Shown here: in pieces, positions 56,971-64,000 of the stretch
Position numbering within the stretch: position 1 is the first letter of the stretch
How the letters are laid out: every line of letters begins with the position of its first letter
Assembly: GCA_038237165.1 (NCBI GenBank)
Contig: JBBRYZ010000002.1
Location: 9,395-73,394 of the forward strand
Reading direction: 5' to 3'
From: Bacteroidales bacterium
GTDB lineage: Bacteria > Bacteroidota > Bacteroidia > Bacteroidales > UBA4417
DNA length: 64,000 bases
The notes under the pieces: generated by a model
What the model was told of the DNA's origin: nothing
The model's database searches: none
Seen by the model: only the letters and a program-made list of their open reading frames with translations
Translations under genes and position numbers: made by a program

Positions 56971-57137
56971 ATACTCTGATTTATATGTTAATGACCTGTT
57001 TCCCAAATTAATAAACAGTACGACCTGATCAAATTTCAGTGATATTCTTAACGAGACAAAGGTAGAAAATATAACTGTAGTTATTATAAGTTCGAAGAAT
57101 ATTCTTTCGGGAATTTTTTAAGGTTTCAGGGGTCTAA

Positions 57138-57270
57138 TGGTCATACGATAGTCATACGATAGCCATTCATTGGTCATACGATAGTCTTACAATGGTCAGT
57201 CGATAGTTATGCGATGGTCATTCAATCTCTTCAAACTCTTCAAAACCTTCAAAACCTACAAAACCATAAA
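57138..57270. repeat. 11-mer array (TGGTCATACGA/TAGTCATACGA, 8 units) followed by a 9-mer array (ACTCTTCAA, 5 units)
   Basis: 11-nt phase from 57138 to 57225, with a 22-bp super-period. 9-nt phase from 57226 to 57270. Confidence 0.9.
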
Positions 57271-57300
57271 ACTGTCACACTGAGCGTAGTCGAAGTGCCA

Positions 57301-57399
57301 AAATCTGTAAACATTTCAAACCCTTCTAACTCCTCAAACCCTTCAATCTCTTCAAACATTTCAAACTCGTCAAACATTTCAGACTCATCAAACCATTAT
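57301..57399. repeat. 9-mer array (AACATTTCA/AACCCTTCA), 11 units
   Basis: It is separated from the preceding 9-mer array by a 30-bp insert, ACTGTCACACTGAGCGTAGTCGAAGTGCC, which breaks the phase. Confidence 0.9.
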
Positions 57400-57468
57400 T
57401 AAACCTACACCCACCTTTCCCGCAAGGTGCCAAATTGACAGTCCCTACCCCATGGCACATGCTTTGAT

Positions 57469-57476
57469 TAACTTTG
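57469..57476 (+). promoter_or_regulatory. -7 box (TAACTTTG) for htpG
   Basis: TAnnTTTG 28 nt upstream of ATG 57504. Confidence 0.5.
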
Positions 57477-57503
57477 GAAAAGAAAATATAAAATAGATAA
57501 ACT

Positions 57504-59414
57504 ATGACAACCGGAAAAATCAACGTACAGACTGAGAACATATTCCCTATCATTAAAAAATTCCTTTATTCGGATCACGAAATATTCCTGCGTGAGCTTA
57601 TAGCCAATGCAGTTGATGCTACTACGAAAATAAAGACTCTTTCGTCACTCGACAAGATGAAGGATGAACTTGGTGATCTTACCATCGAAGTTATCCTTGA
57701 TAAAACTGCAAAAACCCTTACAATCAAGGATCGCGGTATAGGTATGACTGCCGAAGAAATCGACAAATACATCAACCAGATTGCTTTTTCAGGAGCCGAA
57801 GAATTTGTTAAGAAGTTCAAAAATAAATCTGAAGCCGAACAGGCCGGTTTAATTGGTCATTTCGGGCTGGGTTTCTACTCTTCTTTTATGGTTTCGGATA
57901 AGGTTGAAATCAATACCAAAACATTCAAAAAAGGCGCCGGTGCAAAAGCCGTAAAGTGGGAATGCGACGGTTCACCTGAATACAATATCACCGAAACTGA
58001 AAAATCAGACCGCGGAACCGAGATCGTTCTTTACATTAACGAAGAATCCAACGAATTCCTCGAAGAGTATCGTATCCTCGAACTGCTGAATAAATATTGC
58101 AAGTTCCTGCCGGTTGCCATCCGTTTTGGTAACGAAAAAACATGGGAAAAATCAGAGACCGAAAAGGACGAAAAAGGCGAGCCTAAGGAAATCGAGATCG
58201 AAAAACCCCGCATAATCAACAATACAAATCCGTTGTGGAAACAGAAACCTTCGGATCTGACTGAAGAAGATTATAAAAAATTCTATCACGAATTGTACCC
58301 TACCAGTTTCGAGGATCCTTTGTTCAGCATTCATTTGAACGTTGATTATCCTTTCAACCTCACCGGCATCATGTTCTTCCCAAAAGTGAAGAAAAACTTT
58401 GAAGTTCAGCGCGACAAAATCCAGCTCTATTGCAACCAGGTATTTGTAACCGACTCAGTTGAAGGCATCGTTCCTGATTTCCTTACCCTGCTTCATGGCG
58501 TTATTGATTCGCCGGATATTCCGCTCAACGTATCGCGCAGCTACCTGCAAAGCGATTCGAATGTGAAGAAAATTTCGGGCCATATCATGAAAAAAGTGGC
58601 TGATAAACTAGAAGAGATCTTCAAAAACAACCGTGAGGAATTTGAAAAGAAATGGGACGACATCAAGGTATTTATTGAATACGGTATGATATCGGAACCT
58701 AAATTCTTCGACCGTGCCGAAAAATTCTGCCTGCTTAAAACAATGAATGACAAGTATTTCACTTTAGGTGAATATAAGGAATTTATAAAGGAAAACCAGA
58801 CCGATAAAGAGGGAAATCTTACATTGATTTATACTTCGAATATCGAAGATCAGCATAGCTACATCCAGAATGCTCAGGAACGCGGTTATGATATCCTGGT
58901 GCTCGATGGCCCGGTTGACAACCATTTTATTAATTCGCTTGAACAGAAATTCGAAAAGAGCCATTTTGTTCGCGTAGATGCCGAAGTAGCTGACAAACTG
59001 ATCAAAAAATCAGATGATCTCCCTTCGAAACTCAGTGAAGAGCAGACCAAACAACTTACTGAAGCATTTGAACAACAAGTCAATAAAGCCGTTTATCATA
59101 TTTCAGTCGAAAACCTTGGTGAAAACGATTCGCCGGTAACTGTAACCCAGAATGAGTTCATGCGTCGTATGAAAGATATGTCGGCAATGGGTGGCGGCGG
59201 TCAGTATTCATTTATGGGCAATATGCCCGACAGCTACAACCTGGTACTTAATTCGAATCATAAACTGATGAACCAGTTACTGTCTACCGAAGATCAGGAA
59301 GTTAAGGTGAAAATGATCAAGCAACTTATTGACCTGGCTCTGTTATCGCAAAACCTGCTGAAAGGCGAAGCACTGACAGGATTTATTAAACGAAGTGTAG
59401 ATATAATCAAGTAA
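57504..59414 (+). CDS. htpG: molecular chaperone HtpG (Hsp90)
   Basis: 636 aa. IFLRELIANAVDA, GIGMT and GHFGLGFYSSFMV motifs. Confidence 0.95.
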   Translation: MTTGKINVQTENIFPIIKKFLYSDHEIFLRELIANAVDATTKIKTLSSLDKMKDELGDLTIEVILDKTAKTLTIKDRGIGMTAEEIDKYINQIAFSGAEEFVKKFKNKSEAEQAGLIGHFGLGFYSSFMVSDKVEINTKTFKKGAGAKAVKWECDGSPEYNITETEKSDRGTEIVLYINEESNEFLEEYRILELLNKYCKFLPVAIRFGNEKTWEKSETEKDEKGEPKEIEIEKPRIINNTNPLWKQKPSDLTEEDYKKFYHELYPTSFEDPLFSIHLNVDYPFNLTGIMFFPKVKKNFEVQRDKIQLYCNQVFVTDSVEGIVPDFLTLLHGVIDSPDIPLNVSRSYLQSDSNVKKISGHIMKKVADKLEEIFKNNREEFEKKWDDIKVFIEYGMISEPKFFDRAEKFCLLKTMNDKYFTLGEYKEFIKENQTDKEGNLTLIYTSNIEDQHSYIQNAQERGYDILVLDGPVDNHFINSLEQKFEKSHFVRVDAEVADKLIKKSDDLPSKLSEEQTKQLTEAFEQQVNKAVYHISVENLGENDSPVTVTQNEFMRRMKDMSAMGGGGQYSFMGNMPDSYNLVLNSNHKLMNQLLSTEDQEVKVKMIKQLIDLALLSQNLLKGEALTGFIKRSVDIIK

Positions 59415-59575
59415 AAAGACGGAAGTCCGAAGACGGAAGTTCGAAGACGAAAGGTAGTAGTAGAACATAGAATTCGGAAGACAGAAGCAGGTAGTCGAAG
59501 TTATGAATATGTAATTAGCACTTCCGACTCCGGTCTTCGGACTTCCTACCTTTTCACACCAATTACAATTTAAAA
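59415..59575. repeat. heptamer lattice (GAAGACG/GAAGTCC family) with an internal inverted segment
   Basis: 7-nt phase begins at the nucleotide after the htpG stop. The 14-bp perfect inverted repeat 59421-59434 / 59533-59546 can form a long hairpin. Confidence 0.9.
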
Positions 59576-59587
59576 AAGAAAAAGAAT

Positions 59588-59595
59588 TACCTTTG
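59588..59595 (+). promoter_or_regulatory. -7 box (TACCTTTG) for lemA
   Basis: TAnnTTTG 41 nt upstream of ATG 59636. Confidence 0.5.
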
Positions 59596-59635
59596 AATCA
59601 ATCAAAAACAAAACCATAACCAATAAAACAGGACA

Positions 59636-60232
59636 ATGAAAAAATCGTGGATTATTATAGGCGTAATTGTGTTACTTGTCATTATTGTATTCTCTTCTGT
59701 AAAAGGGACCTACAACGGACTTGTAAAATCGGAGGAAAAGGTGAACAAGAGCTGGGCCGATGTACAAGGCGCCTACCAGCGTCGGATGGATCTTATTCCT
59801 AACCTCGTGAGCACTGTAAAAGGCTATGCCAAGTTCGAACAGGAAACCCTGATCAAAGTCATTGAACAACGGGCTGCGGCTACCAAGCCAACAATAAATG
59901 TGGATGCATCCAAACTGGATGCCAACACTCTTGCACAATTCCAGAAAACTCAGGATGAACTTGGATCTTCATTAAGTCGGTTATTGGTTACCGTTGAGAA
60001 ATACCCTGATCTGAAAGCCAACCAAAACTTTCTGCAGCTTCAGGCTCAGTTGGAAGGCACCGAAAACAGGATTAATGTTGAAAGGCGTAATTTTAACGGT
60101 ACAGTTAATGAATTCAATTCAACGTTAAGAAGCTTTCCTACTAATATTCTGGCAGGTATGTTCGGATTCTCAAAGAAACCTTATTTCGAAGCTCAGGCAG
60201 GTGCTGATGCGGCTCCCAAAGTTGATTTCTAG
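59636..60232 (+). CDS. lemA: LemA-family protein
   Basis: 198 aa with an N-terminal TM helix. The YNGLV...W..V...YQRR.DLIPNLV motif is typical of LemA. Confidence 0.9.
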   Translation: MKKSWIIIGVIVLLVIIVFSSVKGTYNGLVKSEEKVNKSWADVQGAYQRRMDLIPNLVSTVKGYAKFEQETLIKVIEQRAAATKPTINVDASKLDANTLAQFQKTQDELGSSLSRLLVTVEKYPDLKANQNFLQLQAQLEGTENRINVERRNFNGTVNEFNSTLRSFPTNILAGMFGFSKKPYFEAQAGADAAPKVDF

Positions 60233-60390
60233 TCAGATCCGATAGATACAACAGCGATTGTACATTCTGATAGCCTTCAATATTAGCTTTTGGCAAGTTG
60301 CCTGATTTTATTACTGATGCCTAGAAACCGTTAAATTGAATCTACGAATTGCATTACCGAATGGATGAAACCATAATAATTAAACTCATA

Positions 60391-60478
60391 AAGAAGTCAC
60401 AAGTGAGTAAGCCGAAAACATTTATAGGAGATTAATTTAAGATTTCTTCTGTTTTCTTACTCCTGACTTCTTTTTTTT
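60391..60478 (+). terminator. long imperfect hairpin plus T8 in the lemA-TPM spacer (terminator/attenuator candidate)
   Basis: AAGAAGTCA..GAGTAAG..AAAACA pairs with TGTTTTC TTACTC C TGACTTCTT, followed by a T-run of 8. It ends 40 nt upstream of ATG 60518. Confidence 0.55.
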
Positions 60479-60517
60479 ATGCCCGATCATTAATCATCTG
60501 TATAAAAGAAAACCGAC

Positions 60518-60955
60518 ATGCCCAGTGCAAGTAATTTTTTCACAAAAGATCAACAGGAATATCTTCGCCAAGCTATCATGAATGCCGAACTGGATACTTC
60601 AGGCGAAATACGCGTACATATCGAGAACACTTGTAAGGGTGATGCGTTGGACCGCGCCCTGGCTGTTTTCAAAAAACTCGGGATGGAAAAAACCGAAAGC
60701 CGGAATGGCGTACTGATTTACCTGGCTGTTAAAAACCGTAAATTTGCACTTATCGGCGATGAAGGCATTCACTCTGCAGTAACTGAAATTTTCTGGGAGA
60801 GTATCAAAAACAAGATGCTTAACCAATTCCGCGAAAATCATTTTACGGAAGGACTGGTTGAAGCCATTACCGAAACCGGGCAACAATTGAAGAAGTATTT
60901 TCCACACCAGACCGACGATAAGAACGAGCTCCCGGATGATATTTCATTCAATTAA
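60518..60955 (+). CDS. TPM-domain protein (small, cytoplasmic type)
   Basis: 145 aa. E.....SGEIRVHIE...NGVLIYLAV..RKFALIGDEGI pattern of the TPM/DUF477 family. Confidence 0.8.
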   Translation: MPSASNFFTKDQQEYLRQAIMNAELDTSGEIRVHIENTCKGDALDRALAVFKKLGMEKTESRNGVLIYLAVKNRKFALIGDEGIHSAVTEIFWESIKNKMLNQFRENHFTEGLVEAITETGQQLKKYFPHQTDDKNELPDDISFN

Positions 60956-61003
60956 TCATCCATTTTCAGGAACATGCAACTAACTCAATTTAATACTCCG
61001 CTC

Positions 61004-61804
61004 ATGAAATCCGGAAATTCGTTTAAAACCTTACTCCTTTTTGCCATTCTACTGCTGCAATCCGGATTAATTTTTGCCCAGGGCATTCCAGCCAGGCCAG
61101 ATCCTCCGCGCCTGGTTAACGATTTTGCAAATATTCTGAGCCCGGATCAGTTGCAAAGCCTTGAATCAAAGTTGGTGGCATTTAATGATTCCACTTCTGT
61201 TCAGATAGCAATTGTTATTGTACCCACACTCGACGGTTACGAAAAGGCTGACTACGCCCAGCAACTCGGGCAAAAATGGGGTGTTGGCGGAAGTAAATTC
61301 AATAATGGTTTCGTAGTACTAATCAAACCTAAAAGCGGATCCGAAAATGGTGAAGCTTTTATTGCAACCGGCTATGGGGTTGAGCAATTTGTTCCTGATG
61401 CTACCTCATATGATATTGTTAACAACGAAATGATCCCCCGTTTCAAACAGAATGATTATTACGGAGGTATTGATGCTGCTACGAATGTTATTATGTCGCT
61501 GGTAAAAGGCGAGTTTAAGGCCGAAGCTTACTCAAAAAAGAAGAAAGGTTCACCGGTAGGCATAATCGTTATTATCATTATTGTTATAATTTTTCTCATT
61601 TCAAGAAACAATAAAAACGGTGGTCGTACCATCAACCATTCAGGTTCTGCGGGTATGTTGTTGTTCCCATGGTTGATGGGTGGCGGCGGAGGTGGAGGTT
61701 TTGGCGGAGGTGGCGGCGGCGGTTTTGGCGGCGGCGGAGGCGGCGGTTTCGGTGGCTTCGGAGGCGGTGGCTTTGGAGGCGGAGGCGCAGGCGGAAGCTG
61801 GTAG
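61004..61804 (+). CDS. TPM-domain protein, YgcG-like, with a TM helix and Gly/Phe-rich tail
   Basis: Signal peptide, TPM domain (VNDFANILS...IAIVIVPTL), a TM helix and a C-terminal GGGGGGFGGGGGGGFGG... tail. Confidence 0.8.
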   Translation: MKSGNSFKTLLLFAILLLQSGLIFAQGIPARPDPPRLVNDFANILSPDQLQSLESKLVAFNDSTSVQIAIVIVPTLDGYEKADYAQQLGQKWGVGGSKFNNGFVVLIKPKSGSENGEAFIATGYGVEQFVPDATSYDIVNNEMIPRFKQNDYYGGIDAATNVIMSLVKGEFKAEAYSKKKKGSPVGIIVIIIIVIIFLISRNNKNGGRTINHSGSAGMLLFPWLMGGGGGGGFGGGGGGGFGGGGGGGFGGFGGGGFGGGGAGGSW

Positions 61805-61807
61805 GAT

Positions 61808-61995
61808 GAGAAATAGTTAATGGAAAATAGTTGACAGAAAATAGTCATACAATGGTCATGCGATAGTCATACGATTGTCGAAAGATGGTCATAGATTGTC
61901 ATGCGATGGTTAAATAATAGTCATTCGATGGTCGTAAAGTGGTTTCATCTAACTTTTCAAAATCATGAGACTCTTCAAACATTTCAAACTCTAAG
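61808..61995. repeat. 14/11-mer array (AAAATAGTTAATGG, then TGGTCATGCGA/TAGTCATACGA) followed by 9-mers
   Basis: About 10 units in approximately 11-nt phase (one 10-nt unit) from 61842 to 61950. GACTCTTCA AACATTTCA from 61969. The unit families are the same as at 57138-57399 and (in reverse complement) 5379-5433. Confidence 0.9.
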
Positions 61996-62117
61996 CTAAA
62001 GGGAAAATACTGAAGAGAATCTTACTTAGTGCTTTCTCCCCTATTCATGCTGAGAGGAGTCGTAGCATCAGGACGAGTCCGAGACCAGGCCACAGCCTTC
62101 AAAATAAATAAAAACCG

Positions 62118-62125
62118 TACTTTTG
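62118..62125 (+). promoter_or_regulatory. -7 box (TACTTTTG)
   Basis: TAnnTTTG 45 nt upstream of ATG 62170. Confidence 0.45.
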
Positions 62126-62169
62126 CCCTTTCCTAAACAAATAACTGATTTTATATCATATTACACATT

Positions 62170-63084
62170 ATGTCAGATCATACATTGAATTTCGGACTTA
62201 TTGGTGCAGGAGGGTATATCGCCCCCAGGCATATGAAAGCGATTAAAGAAACCGGCAATATACTCGTGGCAGCCCTCGACCGCTATGATGGCGTAGGAAT
62301 CATGGACAGCTATTTCCCGGATGCCAGTTTCTTTACGGAGCCTGAACGATTCGACCGGCACCTGGATAAACTCCGCCGAAAAGGTACTGGGTTTAAAATT
62401 GATTATGTTAGCATCTGTTCGCCAAATTACCTTCACGATGCCCATATGAGGCTGGCTTTGCGCAGCGATGCACATGCAATTTGTGAAAAACCGCTGGTTC
62501 TCAACCCATGGAATCTGGACGCACTTACCGAACTGGAACAGGAAACCGGTAAACGGATCTATACCATACTTCAACTCAGGCTGCATCCTGCTATTATCGC
62601 TTTGCGCGATAAAATAGCCAATGGTCCGGCAGGAAAAGTTTATGATGTAAAACTTAAATACATTACAAGCCGAGGCAAATGGTATCATATTTCCTGGAAA
62701 GGCGACCTGGCTCATTCAGGTGGAATTGCTACCAATATTGGCATTCATTTTTTTGATATGCTTACCTGGATTTTCGGTGATGTGAAAGAAAACAAATTGC
62801 ATTTACATGAAAGCGACCAGGCAGCCGGCTTCCTTGGCCTTGAGAAAGCCAATGTTGACTGGCATCTCAGCATAAATGCCGATCACCTGCCTGCATTTAC
62901 AAAGGAATCAGGTAAACGCACCTACCGTTCAATTACGGTTGATGGAGAAGAAGTTGAATTCAGTGAGGGATTTACCGATCTGCATACCCGCAGCTATGAA
63001 CAAATACTCGCCGGAAATGGTTTCGGACTTGAAGATGCCAGAAAAAGCATCATCATAGCACAGGGAATTAGGAAACAGATTTGA
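62170..63084 (+). CDS. Gfo/Idh/MocA-family oxidoreductase (WbpB-like sugar-nucleotide dehydrogenase)
   Basis: 304 aa. N-terminal Rossmann motif FGLIGAGGYIAPRHMKAI. It neighbours gmd, suggesting a glycan-synthesis context. Confidence 0.75.
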   Translation: MSDHTLNFGLIGAGGYIAPRHMKAIKETGNILVAALDRYDGVGIMDSYFPDASFFTEPERFDRHLDKLRRKGTGFKIDYVSICSPNYLHDAHMRLALRSDAHAICEKPLVLNPWNLDALTELEQETGKRIYTILQLRLHPAIIALRDKIANGPAGKVYDVKLKYITSRGKWYHISWKGDLAHSGGIATNIGIHFFDMLTWIFGDVKENKLHLHESDQAAGFLGLEKANVDWHLSINADHLPAFTKESGKRTYRSITVDGEEVEFSEGFTDLHTRSYEQILAGNGFGLEDARKSIIIAQGIRKQI

Positions 63085-63176
63085 AGGGTTTGAAGAGTTT
63101 CAGGGTTTCAGAGTTTCAGTTGCTAATTTTAAGTAAAACTTTTCAAACCTTCGGACGTGGATTGTTCAAACCCTTC
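63083..63176. repeat. inverted 8/9-mer arrays (GGGTTTGAA... / ...TTCAAACCC)
   Basis: The 12-bp perfect inverted repeat 63083-63094 / 63165-63176. The left arm includes the TGA stop of the Gfo gene. Confidence 0.8.
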
Positions 63177-63449
63177 AACCCCAATCAAAAACCTCCCCTA
63201 TCATCGGCTGGCACAGATTTTGAAATATTGTATTACACTTATGTTAATAATAATTTGTTCTTTTGGTGGAATCATAGCTAATATCCATAAAAATCATTCA
63301 GAACGGCTGTTATCAATGCTTTACAATCTGATTGTTATTTCGAAGTATTTCAGAAAAAGTCCCTTTAAAGGACTTGGATTCCCATTTTTGAACTAAATTC
63401 GCATTCTGTACTTTATTAATATCAAAATAAACTAATTTCATCCTCAAAC

Positions 63450-64000
63450 ATGAAAACTGCTTTAATTACCGGCATAACCGGACAGGATGGAGCCTACCTG
63501 GCCGAATTCCTACTTAAAAAAGGCTATGAAGTCCATGGGCTCAAACGTCGTAGTTCACTTTTTAATACCGACCGCATCGATCATCTTTACCAGGATCCTC
63601 ATGCGGATAAGAGGAATTTCTTTTTGCATTATGGGGATATGACGGATTCTACGAACCTGATACGTATCGTACAGGAGGTGCAGCCCGATGAAGTTTATAA
63701 CCTGGCTGCCATGTCGCATGTAAAAGTAAGTTTCGATACATCGGAATATACTGCCAATGCTGACGGAATCGGAACGCTGAGGCTTTTGGAAGCCATCAGG
63801 ATACTGGGGATGACAGAGAAAACACGATTTTACCAGGCTTCGACAAGTGAACTTTATGGACTGGTTCAGGAAGTACCGCAAAGCGAACGCACCCCGTTTT
63901 ATCCGCGAAGCCCTTATGCTGTTGCCAAATTATATGCCTACTGGATCACGGTAAATTACCGCGAAGCTTATAATATGTTTGCCTGCAATGGGATTTTATT
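63450..64000 (+). CDS. gmd: GDP-mannose 4,6-dehydratase (5' partial, runs off the window)
   Basis: [30 protein letters not shown]...[10 protein letters not shown]. There is no stop before 64000, so it is absent from the ORF track. Confidence 0.9.
   Translation, partial: MKTALITGITGQDGAYLAEFLLKKGYEVHGLKRRSSLFNTDRIDHLYQDPHADKRNFFLHYGDMTDSTNLIRIVQEVQPDEVYNLAAMSHVKVSFDTSEYTANADGIGTLRLLEAIRILGMTEKTRFYQASTSELYGLVQEVPQSERTPFYPRSPYAVAKLYAYWITVNYREAYNMFACNGIL

Noticed and set aside
57271-57300. 30-bp insert CACTGAGCGTAGTCGAAGTG as an independent mobile element
   Set aside because: It is too short, with only loose similarity to 16385-16400 and 62045-62065. I note it as a phase-breaking insert within the 9-mer arrays, but the evidence is not enough to call an element.
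61528-61848. 106-aa minus-strand poly-proline ORF (PPPKPPPP...)
   Set aside because: It is the antisense reading of the Gly/Phe-rich tail of the YgcG-like TPM protein. The sense-strand gene has a complete, recognisable domain architecture.
62035-62090. CTGAGAGG-containing segment as a possible TPP riboswitch
   Set aside because: Only the short CUGAGA-like string is present. The other conserved riboswitch elements are absent, and the downstream gene is unrelated to thiamine.
63555-63881. 108-aa minus-strand ORF
   Set aside because: It is antisense to the gmd gene, which has an unmistakable N-terminal sequence. gmd is missing from the ORF track only because it has no stop within the window.

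Overview
This 64-kb window looks like a chromosomal segment from an anaerobic member of the Bacteroidota. Three things support that assignment: a T9SS C-terminal sorting domain, Fibrobacter-type FISUMP lipoproteins, and TAnnTTTG -7 promoter boxes with no Shine-Dalgarno sequences. I call about 56 protein genes and one tRNA-Gly(CCC).

Most genes are housekeeping: arcC, mtaB, lgt, suhB, purM, prfA, pyrF, ilvE, htpG, tatA and a partial gmd. The rest are transporters, envelope or secreted proteins, and a LytS/LytTR two-component pair. The one clear multi-gene system is a seven-gene minus-strand operon at 38981-45764, hdrC-hdrB-hdrA-mvhD followed by two ferredoxin-like genes and an FAD/NAD/2Fe-2S gene. 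This matches the FlxABCD-HdrABC gene set, but no dsrC or sulfur-metabolism gene is present in the window.

The most unusual signal is non-coding. About 17 intergenic spacers are filled, sometimes from stop codon to start codon, with phase-locked tandem repeats of period 7, 8, 9, 11 or 14 bp. These arrays draw on a small set of unit types that recurs at unlinked loci, and the units change gradually along each array. One array sits inside the hdr/flx operon. Cyanobacterial STRR heptamers are the closest described analogue I know.

Other non-genic structure:
- A 4x tandem hairpin repeat of 93-100 bp with a solo copy 53 kb away.
- A double-hairpin repeat and a 134-bp MITE-like element, each in two copies.
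- A near-perfect 157-bp tandem duplication of the prfA 3' end.
- Six 22-bp phased repeats upstream of a DHOD-like gene.
- A 32-nt perfect palindrome.
- An in-frame TAG at the signal-peptide junction of a T9SS cargo gene.

All functional calls come from motif recognition in the supplied translations. No database search was run.
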